DNA of 45,552 nt, filler included, from Jimgerdemannia flammicorona (GCA_003990765.1; 2 parts of 2 records of this genome joined end to end with filler, not necessarily neighbours in it), one strand, 5' to 3'. Shown: positions 11,951 through 24,170, counted from the whole stretch's first letter. Notes: a model not told the origin generated them from the sequence alone. Program-made: numbers and translations.

Positions 11951-13670
11951 GGTCTACAGCTCTATGGCAAGATCTGCTGACTTTATTTGCAATATCTGAT
12001 CAAGATGAAGAAAGACTGGCAGATGTTGCAGAGTATGCCTTTGGTAGCTGAACTATTGAGTCAATGTATCATGTGGTAGAGGTCTCAAAAGGAACAGAAG
12101 TAAGCCTTCATAAGCAATCTTGTACAACTTGTACAACTCATGCAACTCCTCAGCATATAACTTATTAGTATACAGCTCACTCACTTACTCACTCACACTC
12201 TTTTTCTGAAATACCCATCTCTATGTTTATTTAACTTCATTTTTTATATAGTCTCTTCTTAAAAAATACCCACACTTATATATAATCTGTCTGTATACAA
12301 CCCACCTACATACAACCTATCTGCACACAACTTATCTGTATGTAACTCATCTGCATGCAATCCATCTACATACAACCCATCTGTATGTAACCTGTCTGCA
12401 TACAACCCATCTGCATACAATCCATCCACATACTTATCTTAGTCCCTCAGATTAGGGCTCAGTTCTATTGAAAAGGAGAGTTCAAAGTTACCTGAGTTCA
12501 ACTATCTGATCAAATAGAGAAATTTGAGTATAAGATATTCAGTATGAGCAGTATCAGTATTGTCATTAAGGCTTGGGGATCTATATTTAAATCAGAGCCA
12601 ATCATTCTTGATCAAGGGGTCCATTGGCCAGCAAGAGTGACCAATGATGAAGAGAACTATATCATTATTAACAAACATGGAGAGGTGGTTGTGATAGTGG
12701 TAAGGAACCTTTATGGTGATGAGCTTTGCTGTCATATTAATAAGATTTATAAGGATTATATCAAATACCAGATAGTAGGAAAGAGGAGATGAAAAAAACA
12801 AGGAGGGGGGGGTTTGGACAGGAATTGGATATACTGTAACACTGGTGAAGAATGGGTTCTGGAGTTCTGAAATCCTCCACACTCATCTCTCTTTTTTTTA
12901 CTCCTCCTCAGATAAATTACACTCTTTGCTGACATACTCTTTTTGATATAATTTCAGGGATATACAAGATTCTGTACCCCTATCAGAACTTTAGAAGTAT
13001 CATTGAAGAGCAAACTGCATATGAGTATGATATAATCTGTGTAGTGATGGTGGCTATAATCTGGAGTTCTTTGAGCAGATTGGTAGAGCATACAGCAGAC
13101 TAGCTTGGTGGTGATCTCAGCATAGCTGTATATATATTCTTAATACAATTTAGCATGCCATATAAGGTGAGAAGCTCTACTTTTTTTGGGTGCTGCAGCC
13201 TGGGGGGTTTCTGTGGCCTGGGGGATTTCTGCCCCCCCACATGCAAAAAGGACTGATCAGTTGCTATCTGTTTTGGCAGATTTCCAAGCCAGGGCTCCCA
13301 GGGCTAGACCAAGGGCAGGTATCCACCAGCATAGCCTGGTAGTATGAGGTCCTGGACCAAGGGTTCACTCAACCATATACTTGTGTCATATCAGAATATG
13401 TTAGGTGCAATGTTTCTCTGCCCATATACACAGATAACAATATCACCCCAGTAATGTTTTATATCCTGGAAAGAAAGGGCCCAATCTGGGAAAAAGTAGT
13501 GGAGTCTGATATGACCTTATCTACAGTTTTAGGGTCCCATTTGTGGCCAATATAGCTATTTTATTCCAACTACATGACCACTATAGTACTGTTGCCTTCA
13601 AGGAGAGCTCAGACATAATAGTCATCACACTCACAATAGATGATAGGCTCATCAAGGTCTGGAACTAGTG
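11951..13670 (+). pseudogene. Intron-containing cargo gene, putative 2OG-Fe(II) dioxygenase (TET/JBP-like), degenerate
   Basis: Exon-like blocks after ...cttag acceptors. NYIIINKHGEVVVIVVRNLYGDE; LPGLDQGQ...SLPI[Y]TDNNITPVMFYIL (TAC at 13427, one transition from CAC); after a frameshift YDLIYSFRVPFVANIAILFQLHDH (His at 13579). Collinear with 23200-24170. Confidence 0.6.
12285..12432. repeat. 17-bp tandem repeat (tacaacccatctgcata-like, about 8 copies), probably intronic
   Basis: Direct inspection; lies between a gtaag donor (12100) and an acceptor near 12443-12450. Confidence 0.85.
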
Positions 13671-13921
13671 GGTGGAGCAGTTTTTGTAAGGGTTAGACAA
13701 TCTTTCATGAGGGTTAGGCAGTCATTTTGTATAGGTTGGGCAGTCTTTTATAGGGGGTTAGGCTGGGCACCTCTTCTGTAGCACTAGTTTAGTCATTATG
13801 CAGGGCCCTACTGGTCTCTTGGCTCTGCTCTGTAGTACTGCTAGTACAGTGCTGCAGTGTAGGGCCAGAGTGCTCATGAGACTTAAACCAGTAATGGGGC
13901 CTGAATCTGTGGTGGACTTCA

Positions 13922-14045
13922 ATTACCAGAAATACTCTCTGACTGCTAGAAATGCCCTCTGACTGCTGAAAATGCCCTCTGACCATCAGAAGTACCCTCT
14001 AACTACCAGAAATACCCTCCAACTACCAGAAGTACCCTCTGATCC
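13922..14045. repeat. ~20-bp tandem repeat (accagaaataccctctgact-like, about 6 copies)
   Basis: Direct inspection. Confidence 0.85.
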
Positions 14046-14067
14046 AGACTCAGACTCCTTGGTGACT

Positions 14068-14520
14068 GAGGGCTGCCCCTATGCTACTGGTAGAGGGCTG
14101 TAAATTTTGTATACTCCCTCTGCCTGCCCCACCTATCTTGGATACTTGTGGCTTGGGGCTGTCTCTTGCTGCTAGCAGAGAGCTGCAAATTTTACATACT
14201 CTCTCCACTAACCTCACACTCACTAATCCTACCAACTGACTCTGCCCACTGACCTAAGTACTGATAGCTTGGGGCTTCCCCTCACTGCTGGCAGAGGGCT
14301 ACAAATTTTGCACACTCTCTCTGCCTCCTCCCCTCTGCCAACCCTCCTGACTCAGACACTTGTGGCTTAGGGCTACCCCTTACTATCAGTAGAGGACTGC
14401 AAATTTTACATGCTCTCTTTGCTGACCCCATGCCCACCCACTAACCCCAGGCACTGATAGCTTGGAGCTGCCCCTTACTACTGGTGGAGGACCACAAATT
14501 TTGCATACTCTCTCTGCTGC
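14068..14520. repeat. Five degenerate ~85-115 bp repeats
   Basis: Core gggctgcccct...agagggctgcaaaattttgcatactctctct recurs near 14100, 14185, 14300, 14400 and 14495. Confidence 0.8.
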
Positions 14521-14672
14521 TACCACCAACTCTGCTGATCACTGCCCCACTTAGACCACAAACTCTGGGCTGAGTTCTTAGGTTTTTTTTCCCTTTTTAT
14601 TATTTTTGAAAGATATTAAATATTCTACAAAGTTAACCAACTTATCTGCAAACCCCCAGGACCTACCAAATT

Positions 14673-17240
14673 TTAGCAGCCTGAGCCCCACCAAGACTTC
14701 AGATATATACACACCCAGATTGTCTCAGTATTCAGCATATATCTCTTTGGAGCAATGAGATCTACCCCATCTGAGAACACCCACTCAATGAGAGCACTGG
14801 AGGCAGGAATCACCAGGTAGTCCCAAACTATACTATACAGGCTGGGGAAGTCTGTTTTATGTAGCTGCACACCTCAGTAGATAGAGCAGTGGTTAGATTT
14901 GTGGGTTAAATTGGTCCAATGTCTACCTGACAACCCACCTTTACTAGTTGAGTACCTCTGTACCCTCCAGCAGAATCATGCAGTCACTGGTGAGATAAAT
15001 AATAAGTTTATCTATTGACAACAGCTCTTCCACTGATGGCTCCCTCTTTCTCTTTCTGCTGAAGTAAATGTGAGATAGGAGAGATCTCTCAGTATATTTA
15101 TCCAGACTTTAACTGGAACCTTACAGTAGCATATAGTTTTTCCAATATACTTCAATTATGACCTACTTGGTTCTCTCAATAAAGTGCTGCTCCCAGCCCT
15201 GATCTTTATAGTATTATAGCTTTAAGTATGAGTTCAGCACTGTTCAAAGAAAAGAGAGTGAGTTTTTGCAGAGGTTTCTCTGTTTTGGAAGGGGTAATAG
15301 CTATATGCTGACATCAACATACCTATACTGATTGAGTATACAGCAGTATCTGTTTTAGAGTAGTATTTTCTAAGCTTGCTTAGAGCAACCTCTATGGTAT
15401 CTCTCTGATCCAAGCTTAATCATAAATCACTACAATTCTCTAGCCTATCCTTGAGCTTGTCCTCTAGCTGATCAATCAGAAGGTTGTATACTGGTATTGC
15501 AGAACTTATTGTCAGGGTCATTTGTTTGACTATATCTTTCATACAATCATCAAAACACTGATAGTTATATGTAGTGAGGTATTGTATTGAACAGAGGTAG
15601 ACAAAATGAGTATGGAGATAGACAAAATGAGTATAAAGCCAGAGCAATAACTACTTACTTCCAAAACTCTGACAATATTCCTAAGTACATCCCACTCACT
15701 TTTGCCTAGAGCCTTGCCCTATATTTTCTTATCAGTAGCCACTGTTGAATCTATTGGCTTTTTTTGTTTTTTTTTTTAAAAAATAAATCTTCAATTATCC
15801 AAAACAAGTTGCTTTAGCTGACTAAAGAAAAAAAAGAATGCATATCATAGCAAACTCCAGCATGTGCTGGATCATTTCAAATGTTGAGTTCCAATGCATA
15901 TAGATGTCCAATATAAGCTCTTTTAGGGCTAAACTGATTGTTCTATACTGTGTAACAAATTTATCTCATCATTGTGGGAATGATTAGACTGATACAACCA
16001 GTTTGTGCAGCTTGGAAATTATACTCAGGACCCCTCCTCTCTCAGATGTTTTGTTTATATGTGTAAGATAGTCCTGAATAGCAAGGTTCAGTATGTGGGC
16101 CTGGCATTGTATATGGTAGCTTTCTGTACAAAAGGCCATGTTTTCCTATTTGAGGCTGGTTGCTAAAACTTGGAAAAATGTTGAGTTATTTGTAGCAATG
16201 TCTATCATAATGGCCAAAATCTATACTTGAAATATTTGATCAATGAATTTATGTAAAAACAAATAACCAATAAAATCTGTTTTGTTTTAGGATTTCCCTC
16301 AAAATACCAACCTGATGACAAGCCTTCCTTTTTTTACCTTGGTTGTGATCCCAAGCTCCTGGATACAACTAATAAAAGTATCTGTGATATTGTCTCCAGA
16401 ATGAGGGCCAGCAAGTTTGATGAAGTCAAGGGTAAGATATTTAAGCTGCCAATCAAGGTCATCCAATGACTGGTAATACCCAGAAACAAAATTGCATTGG
16501 AGGATATCTATGTGTCAATTGTAAACGAAATTTTGCCTGCTGAATTCTGCTTATTGAATGTGAGGTTAAATTGGTGAGCTCTTTATAAAAATATATATAT
16601 AATTCAGCTTGCAAAGGTCATAGTGCTACCCTTATTTTACCTGAAGTATCTAATAGAGATTATCATGCTCCTTTCTATAGGCCTCCAGGATATCTTTGCA
16701 AATAGTATTGATACTTAGCAAATATAAATCATACTTGAGGAGGCCAAAGATGCTATGCAATTGATCACTCTCAATGATTGTAAATGGCTGGTCTGTGTAT
16801 ACAATCTAGCAAATGAGCCGATTTTGAAATTCTACCAAAAAAGTATGGCTAAATATTTTTGATTAAATGAGATTATTAGTACAGAAATGGTCAGGCAATT
16901 GGATAAACATACTCACCATAACTTGGATGTTGATTTTATTTGTCTCTGTGTTCTTTTTGATTTTGTTAGAGTACTTGTTTTTTATATGTTAATATATATT
17001 CAAAGTCATACCACCAAGCATTTTGAACTTCTGGCTGGTACAGTTTATGGGGGTGGATGAAACAGTATCATATATATGTTAAACAAAAAGTATCAATTAT
17101 ATCAATAGGTGCATCTTAATTTTTTACCTGTAATAATTACAAATAACATTATCTCCTATCTTAGTACAATATTGTCAGATTTCAGAGCAAGGATTGTGTG
17201 GAAGATGTGGAACTATCAGGGATGTTTGACTTAAAGCATC
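14673..17240 (-). pseudogene. hAT transposase with introns (BED-finger-like N-terminus, DDE core, C-terminal dimerisation domain)
   Basis: ISFTIDT..SSN..FLGITSH, LDFIKLAGPHSGDNI, LAIMIDIATNN, CQAHILNLAIQD, HWNSTFEM, FPSLYSIVWDYLVIPASSALIEWVFS. Confidence 0.92.
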
Positions 17241-18029
17241 ATCAGTACTGTAAACTATTGAAGACTGATCTGTCAATATGTGTGTTTGTATGTTTATATA
17301 TATATGTATATATTTGCATATATGTATATTATATATATGGATATATCTGGCATATAAGTCATATAGAGGTTTTGGATTAGAGGATTTGGTTGAAGGATCT
17401 GGATAAGGATTTAGATTGAAGAATTTGAATTAGAGGATTCAAATTGGAGGATTCAAATTGGAGGATTCAGATTGAGTGATTCATATTGAGTGATTTGGAT
17501 TAAGTAATTCAGATTGAGTAATTCAGATTGAGTGATTCAGATTGGGGTGGTTCAGATGGATGATTCAAATGGGGCAATTTAAATTGGGTGATTCAGATTA
17601 ATCTAAGTTAATTTGGATGGCTTCAGATTTGAAATTCAGATCAAACTATCATGTGATGAATCAAATCCAGATTTGATTTAAATTGACTTGTTCAGAGCAC
17701 TACATCATTCTTTGCCATCTTATTGTTCTTTATCTCTAGTTGAAAAAATAGTAATAATATTAAATTAAACTATAAAGAAATAATAAACTTAATAACTTTG
17801 ATCTATAATCTATAGAAAAACATATTATAGATACTATATAATATACTCAAAAGGCCTTATTAGATCTAAGTTATCTATTCTTTACAACTCAGTTTGAAGC
17901 TTATCTATAAAGTAAGTAATTGAGTAGATTTTTTTTTTTTTTTTTTTAAGAGATAATTTAGAGTTTATAGTTCTCTTTTATATTATTTTTCTATTATAAT
18001 AGTGGAGAAATTATTCTCTATATCAGAGT

Positions 18030-18305
18030 ATAGACTTTGGTAAAGAAGAAAGACTTTGATAAAAAAGAGAACTTCAGCAGAGGAGACTTTGGTAGAGAGA
18101 ACTTTAAGACTTCAGTAGATAGGACTTTGAGAGAGACTTCAGCAGAGGAGACATCTGTAAAGAGAACTTTGATAAAAGAGACTTTAGTAGAAAAGATTTC
18201 AGTAGAGAAGACTTCAGTAAAGAGAACTTTGATAGAGAGGACTTTAGGACTTTAGTAGAAGACTTTAGTAGAGAGGACTTCAGCAGAGAAGATTTCAATA
18301 GAGAG
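18030..18305. repeat. 15-bp degenerate tandem repeat (agagaggacttcagt-like)
   Basis: Periodicity visible in the DNA and as KSSLL repeats in the translation. Confidence 0.85.
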
Positions 18306-18624
18306 GGTCTTATATTTATTTATAGAATACTTAGTAATGATATAATTTTTAATTATTATTAAATATAAAACAAACTACTAGTTCAAATAAATCACTAAGC
18401 TAGTATATATATTTTCATCTTTAGTCTCTTAGTATGCTTACTAATTTATACTTATCAATCTGATAATGTTTCTCTTTATCTATTATTGACTTTCTCTTGA
18501 TCTTATATATATAGTCTATATACTGCTCAATATCTTATATAATCCATACAACTATATCAGCTATCTTTTAAATACTACTATTGATATATTTGTAAGCTTT
18601 TTTACCATTACTATACTATTAGCC

Positions 18625-18927
18625 TAGTGCTCTCAACAAATTGAATTAAATTAAATTTGATCCAAATTTAATTCAATTTGATCAAATTAAAGATTCAATT
18701 TAAACTCTATTTTTTGAAATATAATAACCTTGATGAAAATATATCTAAATTTAATAATCTTTAGCTTTATTAGATTCTCCTATATAAGAGAAATCTAATA
18801 AACTAAAGATTGTTAATTTTAGACATATTTTTATTAAGTTATTATATTTTGAAAAATAGAATTCAAATTAGACTCTCAATTTAATTTGATTCAATTAGAA
18901 TGACTCTCAATTTGATTAAGAGTACTA
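18625..18927. mobile_element. hAT-derived fold-back MITE
   Basis: TIRs TAGTGCTCT / AGAGTACTA, near-palindromic body centred near 18785, flanks tattagcc / cattgatc differ only by transitions (decayed 8-bp TSD). Confidence 0.8.
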
Positions 18928-18969
18928 CATTGATCTATATCTTATAGCTATAGTTTATTATATATACAT

Positions 18970-19435
18970 TGTGATGGTATAGCCAGATTCAGAAGAAGGA
19001 AATAGGGAACAGACACTTGATCGCACTCAGTCCTAAAGTAGTATAGTCACATAGTTAGCAGTCCTCGATTTCGCCACTTATTAAATATTTTGCAAAGTAC
19101 GAGATCGAGCTTCTCGATATAGTATAGCATTTTGCAACTGGCAAAATATTTTGCAAAGTGTTAAATGACTCATAACTTAGCCACGTAACCCAGTAACCAT
19201 CTCATAGCTAGCAAACTTATATAAATAACCCAGTATCTTTGAGTGAATAAACCTCAGATTGAAATAGTTCAAAGCAAAGAGATAGCAAAGGAACTAGTAA
19301 GCCTGTGGGCAGATACACTTCAAACTCACCCACCCTCCCCTGTAACTCAAAGGACTCTGAGGAGTCAGAGAAGATCAAGTTTTCAAGATACAGAAATCTG
19401 ACATACTTTTAAGAGTAAGTGTCTGCTAAGTTACA
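18970..19435 (+). repeat. 5' LTR of Gypsy copy 2
   Basis: Starts TGTGATG, ends AGTTACA, TATATAAA at about 19219, followed by ACT-TGGTGCCTATTGG; retains several CpG. Confidence 0.7.
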
Positions 19436-19465
19436 ACTTGGTGCCTATTGGCTGGTGATTCAAGA

Positions 19466-21300
19466 TGAATCTCTCACTTTCAAGCTGAACAACAAATAAC
19501 TACCCCTACCCGAACAACCATACAAACTGAGCTCCAATACTCAGACAAGATAGATATAAGACCACCAGTATTCTATATATATACCTCAGATAAATCAATC
19601 ATCACCTTCATTGATGATTTTGAGCAGTATGCCACTGTAAGGATCCTGACAGCAGCACAGCAAGTAGCCCTCATGCCCTTCAGCCTATAAGGTCCTATCA
19701 GAGCTGTATTCACAGTTGCAACCTATGCAGGAAATGATGCCAATGCTATACTGACAGCACAGAAGACCTGGCTCCAAAATATATATTATACAGATGAGAT
19801 CAAGCAAGCTCTGAAGGATCAGCTCAATATAACATACCAAGAAATGAGTGAGAATCCAAACACATTCTATACCAGAATTTGATATCAGATAGTCCTTGCA
19901 GATTATGCTGCTGCTATCCGAGATCAAGTAGCTGAAGCAACCTTCATGGAAGGAGTCCATCCAGAAATAGCTAAGACCATCCGCTCATTACCAGTAATTC
20001 TGGATCTGCCACAAAAGGTCACCTATGCTCAGCGATACTAGATAGCCAGACACCTACAAGACCATATAATGGAGAGAGTTACAGGAGTCAGAATCAAGGC
20101 ACCTAAGTCAACCAGTGTGATCCCCACCACAATGATCAATCGAAACACACCTCAGCCTAAAGCTACAGAGCAGCAAAAGAACAGTGACCCTTTGGAGAAA
20201 CTTACCAAGAGGTTCGCAGAAATGACTGCCCACTTGGGAGATATAGTAAAGGAGATCAGAGGAAGAGACCACTGCTCTGTCCAGAAGTTTGCCACCACCT
20301 CAGACAAGAAGAAAGGCACCTGCTATACTTGTGGAGAAGAAGGCCACTACTCCTATGAATGCATGAGTGAAACCAAGTGCAAGGCTCAACCAAGTAATGC
20401 TATATAAAACAAGGAGCAGGCCAATACAATTACCTTCAAGAAAATTGGAGATTCTGACAAAGAAGAATGGGAGGCCTATCCTGCTCAGACTACTAAGAAG
20501 GATGTTTGCAAGGAACCCTACAAGAGACCACCAGGAAGACCCAAGAAGAACCCAGTAGAAAAGCAGATGGAAATGGCCACCGAAAGCCAAGCTGAAGAGA
20601 TGGACCAAGATATGGAGCTGAAACAAGCAGTTCAAGATATTATCTGAGGAACTACCCCAGCCAGTGAAGGAGAAAAAGAAAAGAAACTTTGCAAGACCAA
20701 GACTTTCAAGTATGATATCTTCAAGGATCTTAGCCAACTAAAAGTCAATGCAACCTTTGGTCAGCTCACAGAAATCCCAACATTCAGATAACAAATGAGG
20801 TTCAGACTTGCTGAAACAACCAAGGAGCAAGGATGGAAGATAACTGAGGCCAATAATGTTCAAGAGGACTCAGGAGAAGAAAGTGAAGACAATTGCAAAA
20901 CCTCTGCCTATGCTACCTGCCAGATCGAGGACTGAGTCTTTGAAGCCATCATCAATATGGGAGCAGGAGAATGTCTCATCACTAAGAAAGCAGTAGACTG
21001 CCTAGGCTGGGAGATAGAAGAAGCCACCAAATTTGTGTTTGTTACAGCTGATGGAACATGAGCAACACCTCTGGGAAAGATCTGGGATGTACCTATCAAG
21101 TTTGGAGAAGCCACCATCTCAGTAGATGACATCGTCACCAATGCAACCAACTATGATATCCTCATTAGCAATCAATGGCTTCACAAAGCTAAGGCAATGA
21201 TCGATCTCAGTGCACAGAAGATGCAAATCGTCTACCAGGGAAAGAAGATCAGAATTCCCATCAATGTCCACAAAGGAGTCCACCCTGAAATGGAGGAAGA
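19466..21300 (+). pseudogene. gag (CCHC knuckle) and aspartic protease
   Basis: CYTCGEEGHYSYEC at about 20320. AIINMGAG at about 20950 is IDTGAG with two CpG transitions. DILISNQW (=LGxDW). Confidence 0.9.
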
Positions 21301-21559
21301 GCAAGAAGAAGAAGCCTACATGGTTACCATAAAGAAAGGAGTGAACAGAGGAAGAATGGTACAAAAGAATCGCAGATGGATACACCCCACTAGGAAATTG
21401 CCCCCATGGTGAAAGAATGTACTGCACCCAGTACTTGGATCACTGCTACTCCTGCATCATCGAAGTAAAAAAGATCTCCAACAAGCCAAAGAACCAGAAG
21501 GAACCAGAAGATGGACTACCAGAGCTATTGAATGACAGTGATGATGAAGAAGACATCAC

Positions 21560-21970
21560 AGTCAAGATACGAAGGATCCACCCCAATGCAGTTTTGCCAC
21601 AGTACAAATTGGAAAATGCAGCAGGAATGGACCTATCTACCACAACATACACAATCCTCAAACTGCAAACCACTACTATGCTGGGAATAGGAATTGAAGT
21701 AACCATCCCACCAAATCATGTCAGAATCCTCAAGACAAGGAGTAGCTTGACAAAAAGTGAAATATCTATAGAAGGAGGAGTCATTGATTCAGACTATATA
21801 GAAGAAATCCTCCTCCTTGCCAGGAATCATAATCCAATAATCCCATTGAAGTAAAGAAGAAGGATTGGCTGGTACAAATGCTCATCCTACCTGTCCTTAA
21901 CCCAAGAATCAAGAAAGTTGCAAACATCAGACAAACTCAGCGAGGAAGAGCTGGATTCAGCTCTACAAGA
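21560..21970 (+). pseudogene. Trimeric dUTPase domain of the retrotransposon polyprotein
   Basis: Motifs AAGMDL, TRSSL, GGVIDSDY, QML and RGRAGFSST, with a frameshift near 21850-21880. Confidence 0.92.
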
Positions 21971-22039
21971 AGAGGAGTTCTTGTAGCAATCAAGATTACA
22001 GAATTGGAGCACAAGAAGGAGGAAAGCCAAGACAAACAC

Positions 22040-22290
22040 ACTTATATAATTGGAAAGAACTTTCCCCTCAGGAAGGAGTTGCAGAACCTCTTGCATACAT
22101 TTGAAGATGTACTGGCCACAGATTTCAAGGACATCAAGACCAAGAAACCCTTGTACTATCATGACATCAATACTGGAGATGCAAAACCAATCTATCAAAA
22201 AGCCTGCCCTATTCTGCCAGCATACAGGGAATGGCTCAAGACTGAAATCAAGGAGATGGAGGAATCTGGTATCATCAAGGAAGCCAACCC
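22040..22290 (+). pseudogene. Pre-RT / RT N-terminal segment of Gypsy pol, truncated
   Basis: HDINTGDAKPIYQK...EIKEMEESGIIKEA, stopping just before the SPW motif. Confidence 0.85.
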
Positions 22291-22726
22291 GCACCTTTCT
22301 CCTGTACAATTCACATTACACAAAAACTTCAAGCAATGGTTTTCAACACAACTAGGAGAAAAGGTACTATCAAGATGTCTTCGAGCAAGAGTCCTGACAG
22401 GTGTACTGGGTCAGGGGGAGCTGAGGCTTTTGGCTGGCAGCAGGTGGGGAGGGGGTATGGCCTGGGGATGGGGGCCTTTGGAGGGTCGAAGGTGGGAGAA
22501 AGCTCTGGAGGTAGACTGGTGTCTGGTGGATCTGGAGGAAGGTCTGGTCCCTCCAGCTTTGCCAACAAGGTGAAGGCAGGTGGATGGCCTACTGGAACGA
22601 GGGTTGGCACTGCTGAGGGGAAGGGCAAGGCTAGTGTCAGGAGGGGGAGTGGCCCTCAGGGGGGAGTGGTGAGCATAGGGGCTGGTGGTGCTGTGGCTGG
22701 GGGTGTGACTGTTGATGGGAGTGTGA
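22291..22726 (+). mobile_element. Probable 5' end (UTR plus Gly-rich ORF1 start) of a LINE inserted in Gypsy RT
   Basis: Abrupt composition switch. The Gly/Ser-rich ORF with GWQQVGR and SFANKV resembles the ORF1 start of the LINE at 40680 (SFAAA, G*HTIVR). Confidence 0.5.
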
Positions 22727-22826
22727 NNNNNNNNNNNNNNNNNNNNNNNNNNNNNNNNNNNNNNNNNNNNTTAATTAATTAANNNNNNNNNNNNNNNNNN
22801 NNNNNNNNNNNNNNNNNNNNNNNNNN
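22727..22826. other. Artificial scaffold gap: 44 N + TTAATTAATTAA + 44 N
   Basis: Exactly 100 bp, with a linker carrying stop codons in all six frames. Confidence 0.97.
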
Positions 22827-22899
22827 GTGGGAGGGGGTGTGAGAGTGTGTATCAATATTATTTATAAGGTTATTTTGCTTTTTATTTTAATTTTTAGAA

Positions 22900-24170
22900 A
22901 ATGAGGAAGGATCAATGTAAAATACTGTTGACAGATTTTTTAGATCAACAACTTTAATATTGGGTAGATCAGCAAAATCTCAAGACCAAATTTATCCAGA
23001 CTCAGTTCTATATCCCAAGTCTGCAGAATTTTGAAATACTGAGAATCTGAGGCTTGATCTTTCAGAAGCTCAGACAACAACACTTTATATGTCAAATTTG
23101 GAAGAAGTAATATGACAATATTCTGTCAAGTATTCAGAAAAAGAGCACAAAAATCATTTTCAAACTGAGACATTTTGGAGTCCTCCACCTTGCCAGCTGG
23201 AATTCTAAATTCTCACTGCAATTATATTCTCTTAGATGCTGATACAGGGGAAGTTGTTCTTGACATTTGGATGGAGATATTGGGAGATCAAGCAAGCCAG
23301 ATTTTGATGGATGTTTGTGAGAAGGCATTCAAAGTTTAGAAAGCTGAATTATGTGGCAAAGCTCGAGCTGGAACTGGATCTTACATATCAGCTGACTACA
23401 CTTTGACATATTCTGGAGGGATGCATTACAGTATTATATCTCTCAATAATTTTATACCAAAAATTAGATAAGATAAACAGGAGAAATACAAAATAACTAT
23501 TAAAGAGATGGCTTTACTTCTTTTTAACACTTCTTGCTAGATGTGATAACAAATTTCCCTACTTCACCCAATTTTTGACCAATTCAATACTTCTTACTAT
23601 TTATCTCTTAGGGAAATTTTGGGGAGTATCCCAACATCCCCAGCATCCTCAGCATCCCTGGTATCTCTAACATTCTCAGCATTTTCAGCATCTTTGGCAT
23701 CTCTGACCTTCCTGGTATCCTTGGTAACTCTGGTATCTCTGGTATCTCTGGCATCTCTGATATTCCTAGCTTCAGCATTCTTATCAGTTTTGAAATTATC
23801 TGGAATAGATGGAGGTCAGATGAATTTGGTTCAATCAAGGATATATTTTAGACTTCGAGAATTTCAGTTTGAGCAAAACATAGCAAAAGTCAGCAACATA
23901 CTTTTTGGCTGATATGCAAGCTCTCCTACTCACACTGATCAAAATATGACATGTGTTTTACTCTGCATCATCAAATGTAAAGAACAGTATACCTCAAAAT
24001 CTGAGAGCTTGTTCTATAATTTAACTTATAGTATTGGAGTTCTACTGGAGTCTAATATGATAATAGTGTTTCATTCAAATCAACACAGTTATTTGAGATA
24101 AGGAAGTTTTGAATAGTTTATCTCTGAGTGTTTGTCACAGAATCTTGAAAGCTGTGTACTGCTATAATAA
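22900..24170 (+). pseudogene. Second putative 2OG-Fe(II) dioxygenase-like gene, homolog of the hAT cargo
   Basis: NYILLDADTGEVVLDIWMEILGDQ (about 23220); LSGIDGGQ...SSPTHTDQNMTCVLLCII (H at 23931)...SLFYNLTYSIGVLLESNMIIVFHSNQH (H at 24084), in one frame with a TGA (probably from CGA) at 23910. Confidence 0.65.
23625..23780. repeat. 9-bp tandem repeat (cctggcatc-like), in frame within the cargo gene
   Basis: Direct inspection; translates as PAS/LAS/LVS triplets. Confidence 0.85.

Larger units (their letters stand above)
11176..17702 (-). mobile_element. Complete hAT DNA transposon with cargo gene
   Basis: TIRs TAGTGCTCTGAA / TTCAGAGCACTA, 8-bp TSD catcatcc / catcattc, subterminal ATTCAGATT repeats at both ends, hAT transposase inside. 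Confidence 0.92.
18970..22290 (+). mobile_element. Ty3/Gypsy LTR retrotransposon (copy 2), 5' part: LTR-PBS-gag-PR-dUTPase-start of RT
   Basis: TG...CA LTR followed by a PBS and the expected domain order; interrupted at about 22290. Confidence 0.88.

Noticed and set aside
13320..14560. Minus-strand reading of the hAT cargo region as a gene
   Set aside because: The plus-strand reading is the one conserved with the 23200-24170 homolog
18037..18298. Pentapeptide-repeat-like ORFs
   Set aside because: By-product of a 15-bp tandem repeat with no supporting gene context
21878..22573. 231-aa ORF as a real protein
   Set aside because: Chance read-through from Gypsy pol into an inserted element at about 22290
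22727..22826. TTAATTAATTAA palindrome inside the N-run
   Set aside because: Artificial contig-joining linker; adjacency across it cannot be trusted
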